The translations under genes and the position numbers were made by a program. A DNA stretch of 64,000 nt from Orbicella franksi (Eukaryota): the NCBI GenBank assembly GCA_964199315.1, contig OZ116709.1, forward strand, positions 24,552,001 to 24,616,000. The letters are read 5' to 3'. Below are positions 37,178 through 48,952 of the stretch, one piece after another. How positions within the stretch are numbered: position 1 is the stretch's first letter; the number at the start of each line of letters is the position of its first letter. The notes below the pieces were generated by a model. It did no database searches. It was not told where the DNA came from and saw only the letters and a program-made list of their open reading frames with translations.

Positions 37178-37998
37178 GTAAGAAAGTATTATCTTCGCAA
37201 AATTCTTGTGTAACTGCAGTCTGTGGTTTGTATGCATGTTGTCAATTTCGTTTTCGTTTTGGGTGGATGTGTGGTGGCAGCAGACCCAGCTTGAATATTA
37301 TTAGTTATTGTAACTTTTGATTTACCGGAATAGTTGTCAAGGTAGTTGGTTTCAATATTCTGAATATTTCATGAAGGATTTCTGGTATTCTCAGTTCTCC
37401 GCAAGCAATCCCTTGCAGGTGGTATAAACTGCACGTGATCTTGCAATTAAAACAATAATTAGCCCTAGCATTAATGAAAAGAGCGAGCAAATTAATGAGC
37501 AGTGTATATTTGAGCTATTTGTTTGGAAAGTTGGGAAGGAATAAACGATTATCGGAAGTGCAGTAATTCTCACACCTTTTTTGTACATGTACGCTTTAGT
37601 CAAGCCGTGGTATTTTTACTAAAACAGTCAAGCCAAAAAACTAATGGCGACACCAACGTTGCTTGATATTGCGCCAAAGCATATGTAATAACGTATTTAT
37701 TGCACCCACATTTGGTGACAATCTTTCCATATGAAGTCAGTAACTTGATATCATAGTCAGGATATTGGGGTAGTAGACAAGGCTTCTGATTGGCTAATTG
37801 CAAATTTGGGTATGGTAAGGCTAGCATTGTGTGGTACCTATGAGTTCAGCTGACCCCTTGTTGTGAAAGGGTCCTTTACAAATGATTATATTTTACATCC
37901 ACATCAATGTAAGGTCTGGAACTGAGAAACGTTTGGAAATTGTTTTCTACAAAATTTTTCATTTTCTAAGCTCTAGGAATTTTGTAAGGTCCTATTAC

Positions 37999-38000
<2 letters not shown>

Positions 38001-38032
<32 letters not shown>

Positions 38033-38056
38033 GTTATTATTATTATCAGTAGTAGT
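38001..38056. repeat. Compound (GAT)n-(TAT)n-(AGT)n microsatellite
   Basis: Direct reading. Confidence 0.9.
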
Positions 38057-38263
38057 AGTGTTGTTTTACCAATCAAGCTCTTGGAATTTTCCGGATTTCT
38101 TGGTTGTCTCACATGTTTAAGGTCTAAACCATGCACTTGCTGATCACACTGAAAAAAAGTCAAAAACTTGTATAAATATAAATGAATGTTGTTGTTAATA
38201 GTTCTTGTTATGCAACATAGATATTTATCTTTAACTTGCATATTTCTAGTGCGTTGTCCAAGC

Positions 38264-41200
38264 ATGTCTCGTGGTGAGTTTGGAGGTCCATCGTATGGCA
38301 CCCTCTCTGACAGCAATGCTGCCGTAGGTTATGGCAGGCCTTCGTCATCAAGATACCAAGGTAATGACCTTTTTGATCATTAGGTAGCCTCGCCAGTAAC
38401 ACATTCGCTACCAAGTATTTTCATCAGTGTATGTAATTTTTCAAATACCACACCAGTTGCAAAGTGGCTATGCAAGTAAGTCATGTGATTTAATTTATAA
38501 GCAGCTACTGAAGCAAACTGTTCAAACAAGTTACATCCCACAAAATCATATATTGTGAAATTATAATTTAAATTATAATTTTAACTGTAATTAAACTTGT
38601 GCACCTCTGTCATGTTGTGATCCTTCTCGACTAGTTTCTTTCCATATTCTTGGAAACTGCATGTATTCATTTGGGGAAATATGATATTACTCATTATTTT
38701 ATTTGTTACTGATTCTAGGTGATACTGGGGAAAGATTTCAAAATCTCAGTGACTCAGTTAGCAGTAACATCTTCCAGATTAACAACAACAGTAAGTATTG
38801 TAAAGATGTGCAACGGAGACAGATAAGACGTCAGTGATATCTTCTTTTCAAAAGCATGTAAAAATTGTGAAAAAAGTCCAAAGTCCCTGATGGGAATTGA
38901 ACCTACTGCACAATGTAAGAGTTTCATAGGAAGCATTCCTGTTTACCTCTCTTGTTGTCAGATCTTGATGCTGGGTTCAAATATCCAAATGGTCTTTTCC
39001 CAGACCTTTTTTGTTTTTATCATTGCCAATGTTTCTGACAAGTGCATTCAAAACTGCAACATCTTGGACCATCAGGAGATATTAGAATCTATGTGATGAT
39101 GTGGAATTGTAAAGCTTCAAGTTGGAGCACGTTGTTATGTCACTTACCTCAGCCACCTGGATATTGAATACAACTGGAACAACTTAGTGAACCCAAAAAT
39201 GTTATGTTTGGGGCATGTAATGAACACAACATTTGTTTTGACAACTTACATGCGGTGTACTATTTATAATAGGTGTTTGTAGCTTACATCTGTATTTTTA
39301 ATTGCATTGGAAATTGTTCTTTTATAACTCTATAACAATTATTGTCGCCTTCCTTCTCAATTTTCTTTATAGCCTCAGCATTGGAGCGCACGCTTAAGCA
39401 GTTAATTGGAGGCAAGGATAGCCAAGAGGAAAAACTGTAAGTTAATTTTATTCCTGTGATTATGTACTCTGTCTACTCTGTCCAAATGATCCTCAGTGTC
39501 AGGAATCAGTGCCAGTATTAATTCTATCTTTAGTTAATGTTATGTTGTATTTCTCTTCTCCACAGACATAGAATACAACAAGCTACAAATGAACTTGCCA
39601 GTAAGACAACTTTGCTCTTAAAGGAGATGAGTTCTCTTTGCGGTGGAAGCAGCCCAACTGCAGTGAGTTCAATAACATTTAGAGCTTTACAGTTTTCCTG
39701 CCATAGTGATTGTGCTGCATATATCCCTGAGCTGTCACTGAGTTTACTTTGTGGGAAAATTGTATCAACAAAAGACAAGTTCTCCCCTAACTTCAAGGGA
39801 AAATCAAGCATACTCAGCCATGACAGGTGTTACGGGTTACAGCCCTTTATGACCGCCCTGTATCCATGTTATTGATGTAGCCATAAAAAAAAGAAAAAAA
39901 GTGTTGCATGCTATAGTTTTTATAAGATGTCAGACAAATTTAAATGAATGTGGACCACTATAAACGTACTGTCAACTGAATTGATGAATGCATCAGCTTT
40001 ATTTGTATAGAAGGAGGGAAGAGGCATAATTTATTTCAGGAATCATGTGTCCACAGCAGTTTACTCCAAAAACTACAGCATCAAATAAGTCCAACCAAAT
40101 GGGCAATTTCTTCTGGTGTCATCAACAGTATATATATTTCAATTTTTGTGTTAAAGGTTTATAAGAAGGAATTATACATATGCAGTGGTGGATCCAGACT
40201 TTGAGCTAAGGGGGGGGGGAAGCAGTTTTGTTTTACTTACCCTGCTGGTTTTTCTTCCTTCAGTCATTTCTTCTTTTTTCACCCAAAATGAGGAAGGGGG
40301 CGGGGGCCTGGGCCCCCAGGCCAGTCCCCTAGATCCACCACTGATATGAATTTATTTTGCAATGACCAAGTTCTTGGTAACTAACTCACCATTTGGTACC
40401 AAACCTGCCTCAACTAGTTGGTCAAGAGGAAGAGACCAGATCAAAACAATCCAAGAATACTGTTAGTTTGTAACTTATCAATAATTACTTTATTTCTTAC
40501 TGATAATTTATAGAGACAGCAGCGTGTTCAGCATGAAAGACTAAAGGGTGAATTTAGAGAGTCTATTTCACGGTACTACTCTGTACAAAATGTAAGTATG
40601 TAATCTGAGGTAGGTAAAGTCTGCATACAAGCCAAGTAGCCCGTGGTTATCAGGCCGGTGCTTAACTCCAGTTTTTGAAGCATGAAGTGACTAGAAGTAT
40701 TTCCACTCTCTCCTGGGTGGGATGCTAGTCCATCACAGTGTTACCCCAAGCATAAAATTTGCTGGAACCCATTTATACACCCTGGTGAAGAGAGACACTG
40801 TGAAAGTCAAGTGTCTTGCCCAAGAACACAACACAGTGTCTCCAGCCAGGGCTTGAACTGGCAGCATTCGATCCAGAGTCAAGGAGTCACTAACTGTGAG
40901 GCCACCATGCCTCCTGTTCAATCTCAAGTACAATACCTTATTTTCATTCTACTGCTTCCTTTCACCTTTATTATGTCTCAGACAAAGTTTACCTTTCGCT
41001 TTGTAACAGTAGCTTATTGCGAGATATGCATAGAGCATTCAAAGAAATAGTTTTTATATCTGAATCCACTCAGTTTATAATGTAGCTGAGAACTGCAGAT
41101 TGCAATGTTTAAAAAATAATGCAAGTGTCTCCAGTCATTATTCATTCACTCCAGCTTCATCATGATCTTCCTTTAAGGTTCAAAAGAAATCAGATTTTTC

Positions 41201-44200
41201 TGGTTGCTGTTGAGGTGCAAAGGCCCCTCTCAGTTGCTTAGATGCCATGCTAAAAAGTTGTTAAGTGTGTAGAATAGAATCTAATGGCTTTAAGCTGTTG
41301 TACAAGACGTCCTTTCTTTGCTGATCATGCAGATATTTTGGAGACTGTAATTCCCTGGTCCCACTATCACCTGTCGCTGTTTGTGTACACCTTAAATCAT
41401 AGCCTGCCTGTTGGATGCCCCAGTATCTCTCTCTCTCTTATTTCCATTCTCATTTTAACCCTTTTTAGAAAGTGGTTGAAAAGGAAAAGTTATTAGTCGG
41501 TTCAACAAGTACAAGAACTTCACAGGTACTAAATAATTTAATATTTCGGTTTTTTTTTTCGTTATTGTAATATGGATGTGTGTGAAGGCAGGAAGGTCAC
41601 TATGACTTGATGACTCACATTGATCTTATTACTGTTTGCATGCACATTTTTGGTTTCTGTAAGCCTGCGTAGCAAGCGTTCCCCTACAAAGAGCTTTTCC
41701 GCATTCTGTCCAGCTAGAGCAAGCTTCGTTGATTTCTGCTCTTGCTCCAATTTATGCGCGGCCAGAATGCAGGAAAGTTCTTCGTACGGGACGCTTGCTA
41801 CGCAGTCTAGGTTTATGTCTAAAGACTTCTGAATTACACAGACTAACAAGCATTAAAGTTCACTAAAAATAAAGCTATACTCAATAATTCAGGCCCCGCC
41901 CACGCCCACGGAGGGTTCACTCTGAAAACGCATCAAATGTTTTCCCTCTACACTACGCTGGAGGAATTTCAAAACGCAACAATCACCGGTCATTTTTTCA
42001 GATTTGTGTTTGTGGAAAACTCGAGCAGGGAAATCGACATAATTATCGTAGCTACATCGTTGACGAAAACCTCCGTTTTCAAAGTGTTTTTGGTCCAAAC
42101 GAAAACGAAAAGCCGGCATTTTCAAATTTCTCCAGTTTGAGGAGCGTTTTCGAAAAGCTCCGTTTTCGTGACGGAATAGTGTGGACTGTAGGCCTAACAA
42201 AGCTGCTTTTTCAAATCCTCCGGCGTTCGCCCGAGGCCTCAGGGCATCTGACAGGATGCGGTGGTGCAGATCCACATAATTCGCGAACATCTGCATCATA
42301 TGCATAATCAGAGCTTTTTTCCAAATAAAACAGAAAAATTGTTTCGCATTAGCGATATGGCAACTGCTTACCATTCTTACCAGGAACAATTTCCACGAAC
42401 GCAACGACAAAATTCCATGGAAAAACTGTGTTAAATGAAGAAATGCCTGTCAACAAAAAAAGATCAAGCATGCGTCAAAGTTGGCGGGCATGATGTTTAT
42501 GCTAATATTAAAAGAGTTTAAACTGTAGGTTAGACTTTGAAGTGCTTTTCGTTTCACTGTTGTTCATTGGAAAGGCTTTAATATCTGAAATTTCCACATA
42601 ATCCAGTATTTGTTCTGCATAATTAACGCATTTTCCGCAATTTTTCCCGAAAACTTCCGGATAATTTGTTTTCAAGTTCCTGGCGGTTGAAATGACCTCA
42701 TAGGATAACAATCTTATTTCAGAGGCAAGACAGATTCGGAGATGACGGATTTGGAAATGAAAAAAGTAGCTTAATGGAGGACGACCAAAGGAGGTTTGTA
42801 CATTACTTCTTGCACGTCAGCCTCTTACTGATCGTGTTTTATTCAACCGGTCAAGAATAGGAAGAGGTGAAGATCGTGGGAACATGACTGGAACTCGTAT
42901 TGCTACCTAAATATCCACAATACCGTTAACAGTTCAACTGTTTATAGCTGAAAATTATACTGCTAATTGCTAACTTGAACTACGGAAAAACTAATTCACG
43001 GGCGTGATGTGAGGATTTATTATTACGGTCAAGCAGTGTTTCAGTGTTTTAGCGTTTGCTTAGAATCTTAGGGTTAGCTTAGGGTTTAAGGCAGAGAATA
43101 AGGTTAGGTTAGGGTTAGTTTTCGGATTTAGAGTAAGCAATCAAATATTGCAAGGATCCCCCCTTCAGGCCCATTTGTTAGCGTCACCTGCATAGTGTGG
43201 GCATGAGTGAGGACTGGACGCATCCCTTCAAAGTAAGTAATGCCCAGATAAGTAACGTGACATCATAGGTCTGCAGTGCGTGTACAGGCTGTAGTCCTTT
43301 GCATGCATTGTAGCAGTGGGGATGTGGTGCTAGCGAATAAGTCACTTCAATATCTTAATTAGTTTTATCGCTTAGGTATTATTTATTATTATAATAATGT
43401 GGACAGGCAAGAGCAAGAGCAGCTGGATGTACAGATTGATATCGATGAATCACTGATAAGGGACAGAGAAGAACGGATCCGACAGATAGAGGTGAGTCCA
43501 CTGCAGTGACAACAACAACAACAACAACAACTTTATTTCTTAAAAAATAAACAAACAAACAAACAAACAAACAAACAAAAACACAAAATTATTTCTGACT
43601 GACCCACAAATAACTAAGTTATTGTTGTTTGGTCAGTCCCCTATCGAACGATTAGTGAGAGAGCCTGTTTACCACCATGCATTGTGATTAACTTGTTAAG
43701 TTGTAGAAAATTTAGTTGAAGGTTACTAATTATTCCAATGATATTTGTGTAAGGGAGATATTTTAGATATCAATGAGATATTCAAAGACCTTGCAACTAT
43801 GGTTTACGAACAAGGCGATATGGTCGGTGAGTAATGATTGTCTCATTGTATTGTTTTTAGAACTTTTGAGCCGAGTACAAGTCGTTGCATGATTTCTTAT
43901 CCCTTTCGCACCATTAAGATATGCTACACATTTAGAAGATACACGTGAAATGCCTTAGAGTCCCGTACACACTAAGCCGGAGGAATTTGAAAAAGCAGCT
44001 TTATCTCTACAGCTAGGCCTACCGTCCACACTAATCCGTCACGAAAACGGAGCTTTTCGAAAACGCTTAAACCGGAGAAATTTGGAAACGTCGCAGTTTT
44101 GCGTTTTCGTGTGGACGAAAACCGTTTTGAAAACGGAGCTTTTCGAAACAGATGTCATCACGATGATCACGTGATTTCCCTGCACGAGTTTTCCTCAAAC

Positions 44201-45626
44201 ACAAATCCAAAATGACCGGTGATTGTTACGTTTTCAAATTTCTCTGGCGTAGTGTGGACGCAGCCCGCGGGGCCATAAACAGACACGACACACTGTTGAT
44301 GTTAACAATGGGCATACCGCGTTGGAACAACACCAACAGCAGCAGTAGCAGCAGCAGCAGCAAATTAGGAGCTTTAGCATTTACAACTTCACGTTGCTGG
44401 TGAAATGTTTTTAATACGCACATAAGAAGAGACTATTTGACTTCCGTCCGTGACTCAAGAACGTTTTTGCTCGTAAGTTAACTTTAGTAATTATTGTAAC
44501 CTTACCACAACTGAATGCCGTTAAATAAATTAAATAAACTATTTGCCGACTTTTAATTGTGCCATAGCTATACTTGGAGTTATTATATTACAGTCATACC
44601 AAACTTATTTAAAAATCTTTGTGAATGAATGGTTTTATTTTAGATTCAATTGAGGCTAATGTTGAACGTGCACACACTCATGTGGAAGGAGCGAACATAC
44701 AGCTTAGCAAAGCTAGTCTTTACCAGGTGAAATCAAATATTTCCTTGTAAATACTCATCTTTTTCATCGAAAACATACATTTCATAAAGGTCGGCTCACA
44801 CGAGGGGACCAGTCCCTGCGACTGGTCCATCGAGGAGTTTACACGAAGGGACTGGTCGCAGGGACTTGTCCCTCGAACAGTTCACACGAAGCGTTTTGAG
44901 GAACAAGTCGCAGGGACTTGTCCCAAAAATTCAAACCAGTTTGAATTCGTGGGACCAGTCGCAGGGATGCGACTACATTTTTGTGGCGAAAATGGCTAGT
45001 TCACACGATGAGACTTATCCCCGCGACTTGTTACAGGGACTAGTCGCAGGGATTGGTCCGCTCGTTTTTGCTGACCTTAACCCTTTCCAGAATGAAGACA
45101 TTTGAAAACGGAGCTCTATGTCTCAACGTAATGTATAGAGGATTTTGATCACGCCGATTCACATCAATTGTGTATACGCGTATGACCTTTCAGTATTTTG
45201 TTAGAAAATCTTTGAGACTTCCCAGATTTTGGAAGTTCTTTGGCGGTATTCGGGCTCTTGTCAACTTTGGAATTTGTGGCTCTTCGAGTAATCTCAGTCA
45301 ATCTTCAAACTAATTTCATCGTCAACGCTCAGAAAAAAACAACAATTAAGTGGCCTCCGCTTAAACCATTCAGATTTCAGTTATTTTTGCTCCCTGTTTG
45401 ATACTGCACTTGGCCGAAACTGTTGTTGTTTTCTCGGTGCGCAAAATTAAAGACGAACTCTCTTTAAATAAATATCACTATTTTTCAAAGGTATGTATGA
45501 CGATACTAACGAGATTTCTTTTTGATTCCGCAGAAAAAAGCCCGAACCAAGATGTGCATTTTGCTTGTCGTTCTTTTGGTTGTTGGTGGAATTATAGCCT
45601 TAATTGTTGTTTTAACAAAAAATTGA
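38264..45626 (+). CDS. STX7/STX12: Endosomal Qa-SNARE syntaxin of the STX7/STX12 clade, 289 aa
   Basis: Exons 38264-38360, 38719-38790, 39373-39436, 39566-39662, 40514-40591, 41469-41525, 42723-42793, 43407-43491, 43754-43826, 44644-44726, 45534-45626 (870 nt). SNARE motif [41 protein letters not shown], followed by a C-terminal TM anchor. Confidence 0.93.
40618..40913 (-). mobile_element. tRNA-derived SINE
   Basis: Same family core as 29744 and 49451. Confidence 0.85.
41643..41812. mobile_element. MITE with AGCCTGCGTAGCAAGCGT TIRs
   Basis: TIR pair AGCCTGCGTAGCAAGCGT / ACGCTTGCTACGCAGTCT. Confidence 0.7.
43508..43580. repeat. (ACA)n and (AAAC)n microsatellites
   Basis: Direct reading. Confidence 0.9.
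44330..44362. repeat. (GCA)n microsatellite
   Basis: Direct reading. Confidence 0.85.
44789..45076. mobile_element. TIR element flanked by TTAA-like sites, with internal GGGACTRGTC(G/C)C sub-repeats
   Basis: GGTCGGC...GCTGACC termini, TAAA/TTAA flanks and repeated GACTGGTCGCAGGGAC words. Confidence 0.6.
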
Positions 45627-46940
45627 AATAGTTCTACGGGCTAATTTATATACTAAATCAGTCATAGCAGTCGATGAGGAATCCAGAATTACCTCAGTTG
45701 TATTTGAATGTAGGTATCACTTTTTGATAAACTTGCACACCATCTTCCGTTTGAATGGTGTGTTATGTTAGAGTCACTCTTCAGCAGATAGTCGAAAATG
45801 TGGTCTCACAAAATGACTACTTAAACAGTTAGAGAAAACGAAAAAAATAAACTACACCCGACTCAATGACCACTTCCTATTGAACCATTTCATTTAAGTC
45901 TTTATTTGTTGAGCAATCAGATTTTAATATCAACACACCACTCAAATGAATGATTATCCGCTAGTGTTTATAACTAAAGTAAGAAAACGTTCTTTCTTTG
46001 TCACGAAAATAGTGGCAAAACTTCTTTAATTCTAAGAACTGTTCGTCAAACAGTTTGCTGAACAAGTAAATTTAAACAATTTACGTTGAGACATTCTTAA
46101 TCACACAAAGTGGGGTGAAAAATACAAGCGAAGACTGAAACACAAGACTGCCTCTTTTCCAGAAAATGGCACCTTCACTTTAATTGTAGTAGATAAGGTA
46201 ATGAATTGCTAGCCGAGTCATAAAACATTCGCGGTGATTTAGAGGTTTTCGGTTGTATAGTTAAAGACTCATTAGTTTGTTCGCTTCTTCGAGTGTTACC
46301 GAGAACAATGACGTTAGTACAGTTTTACCGTCAAAGAAAAATTTATGTTATTCATATTCAGTTCTTGCTTTTGAATTCATAGAAAACAAATTGTGTTGCG
46401 TTCACTGAGGATAAAACCAAAGAAATGTTATGTCACTGAAAGCCGTCAGGCGTCCATTTTGTCTTTCCTGGGTTCTCGTGCTTTGAGTTCTCAAGCTGTA
46501 AAAGCCGTTTTCATCAGGTTTTACCGGTAGAGCCGGTAAAGCCGGTATGGTTGGTATAGCCAGTTCCAGGCGTTCGGTTAGTTGTGGGACAACGCGAAAA
46601 ATGGCGACAGAAAGAAGCAGTGCACGGAAAAGCTCCGTCCCAATCCCCGCCACTGTTTTTTCTTTCGCCGTGCTTCGTGCTGCTCTCGAACGAGCGAAAG
46701 GCCTGGAAACTGCCAGATCACGTTATGTTACTGATCAGGCCTGGTTTCTGATCAAAGCGCGCTTTTGTCTTCTGGTAATGTAGTAAAGGTTCAAGTATTA
46801 AGTGTAATTTTTGATGAATGGTATGAGAGAATTTTGATAAAATAAAGACGAACGTAAACCTAAAAAGGCCCCTTACGTGTCGCATACGGAACACACGCGC
46901 GTCTGCGTGTGTCGCATCGCTACCCAAACGCTCTTTGGAG

Positions 46941-46989
46941 TCGTCACGCAATCTTTCCTCCCGTTGTGGCGCGAAAGATTGCGTGACGA
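46941..46989. repeat. Perfect 17-bp inverted repeat (mini-MITE); truncated relative at ~14697-14725
   Basis: TCGTCACGCAATCTTTC / GAAAGATTGCGTGACGA with a 15-nt spacer. Confidence 0.7.
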
Positions 46990-48952
46990 GCAATAGCAAT
47001 GTCTGACTATGAGGCCAAGTCGTGTCCTGTTATTATACAATGTAACCCCCCCTATGGAGGCTTTGTTCTGATAAGCGGTTGACATAATGATTTACCTCAA
47101 TCCGAAAGGTAGAAATCCCGGATCTTCCTGACTGGACCATTTTCGTATGTTTATTTTCAAAATGAGATTTCCTACTCAGTGCAGAATCACTGCCCTGCGT
47201 TTGTTGGTGTTTGAAGCGTGCGAAAGCATTGCCCCTCAATGATGATCTTTTGGGTTCACAGTTCGCTAGTTGCCTCATTTTACGTCTAATTTGGACCAAA
47301 TCGCGCCCTTTTCGTTTAGAAAATCGTCAAATGTGATCAGTACAATAGACGACTTCAGACAGAAAAACCACGCAGGTTACTTGGTTAAAGCTTGGATAAG
47401 CTCAGTTGAATTGGAACCTTTGTCTCGCAAAGCCTTTCCATACTAAGCTAATGACATAGTTATAACATTGCCGACAGTACTGTATCTCGGTTTTCAAAAG
47501 TACATCTCGCAGTAGCTTACATCACAGATGAACTCAATCACTTGAGTATTTATAACAGACAGGATGCAGGACAATTTGCCATTCTTGAACTCCTGTAAAT
47601 CTGCAAAAGTGTAAGTATTTTGTCGCGTTAAACGTTATGCAGTCAATAAGATGTCTGATCAAACCACAGCAAAACAACATCTGATTGGCTTCCCTTCTAA
47701 GCTAACACTCCGCAAAACAATTCTGGTATTTGTTTTTCAGATTTGCACTAGAACAATAATTGATACTGGTCAATCTTTCAAGAATATTCAGCTTTTAAAA
47801 AGAGTTTCTTTCTTGGCTAACCTCGGAAATAAAAGTCACTTCACATCATACAAAGGTCTGGCTTGAACATGTACAGTGACAAGGGCGTAGCCAGGGGGTC
47901 CTGGGGTGCCTGTGACCCCCCTCTTGTAAGCCTTTTTAAGCAACAACCTACCACAGGGGGCAAACATGTCATGACAATCTGCTGAGTACCCTCACTTAGA
48001 CACACTGTGACCACCCCACCCCCCTTTTAAAAAATCCTGGCTATGCCCCTGAGTGAAACCTCAATATAACAAAGGACCAAGGGACTGACAACGTATGTTC
48101 GCCGTAACGAGGTTTGATAAGTGCAGTTCTTCAATATATTTTACTATTACTGGGGCAAAGAAATACAGCGGATTTCAACTGAGTGTCAAAAGACCAAAAC
48201 CAAACCATTTGCTTACCAATTAGACTACTCAGCCAATGTCAAACCCAGTAAAACCAAAACCAAAGTAATTGCCTGATTGCCTTTGACACTCAATTGAAAA
48301 CTACTCCATTGTTTGTTATACCGAGGACCTCGTTACATAGTGGTTCCTCTGCAACACCATTTTGCAATGAGAATAGCCTCTGTGAGCACAAGAGCAATCA
48401 CTTGTGTGAACAGAACAGAAAACACAGAGACACCAGGCATCAGGGTCGTGACAATCAAAGTGATGAGGACAAAAGATCATCATAGGCCTAACTATTAAAT
48501 CAGACCTTCTAACAAACAGAATTGTGCTCTTACTTGACTGTTGTAAAGAGTACGAGTAGAAAGTGCTCTAGATAGCACAAACTTTAACTGGTGACATAAT
48601 TAGTGCTCAAGAAACACAGTACCAAGTAATAAGATACCATGCAGATGACAAAGACATACAGTGAAATGAGAAAAATTAACTTCAGTTGTGTTGCAGATCA
48701 TCAGTCTAGTGCCGTGTAATGCCACGGTATCCACAGTTTGAAGTTCTTTGCAACATATCATTACATGACTGGCCCAGGTCTGTTGTAAAGCCATTTTGCA
48801 AGAACTTGATATTTACAGTGCTGATCTCTTCCACTTGACTCCACTTTATAAAATCTGCAATGGTTCTTACCACAAAACAGTATTCCTATAACCTGGAAGT
48901 ACATCCTGGGCACTGATTCTTAAAATCAGCTAAAAATTCTCTTAATAAATAA

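Noticed and set aside
41889-42410. 173-aa minus-strand ORF
   Set aside because: Lies on a multi-copy non-autonomous repeat inside a syntaxin intron; no protein motif.
43068-43118. Interstitial telomere-like TTAGGG words
   Set aside because: Only a few degenerate units; more likely a low-complexity part of a dispersed repeat than a fusion scar.
46402-46653. 83-aa ORF with a signal-peptide-like N-terminus
   Set aside because: It starts at GTG inside a MITE (46556-46712), so the hydrophobic start is repeat-derived.
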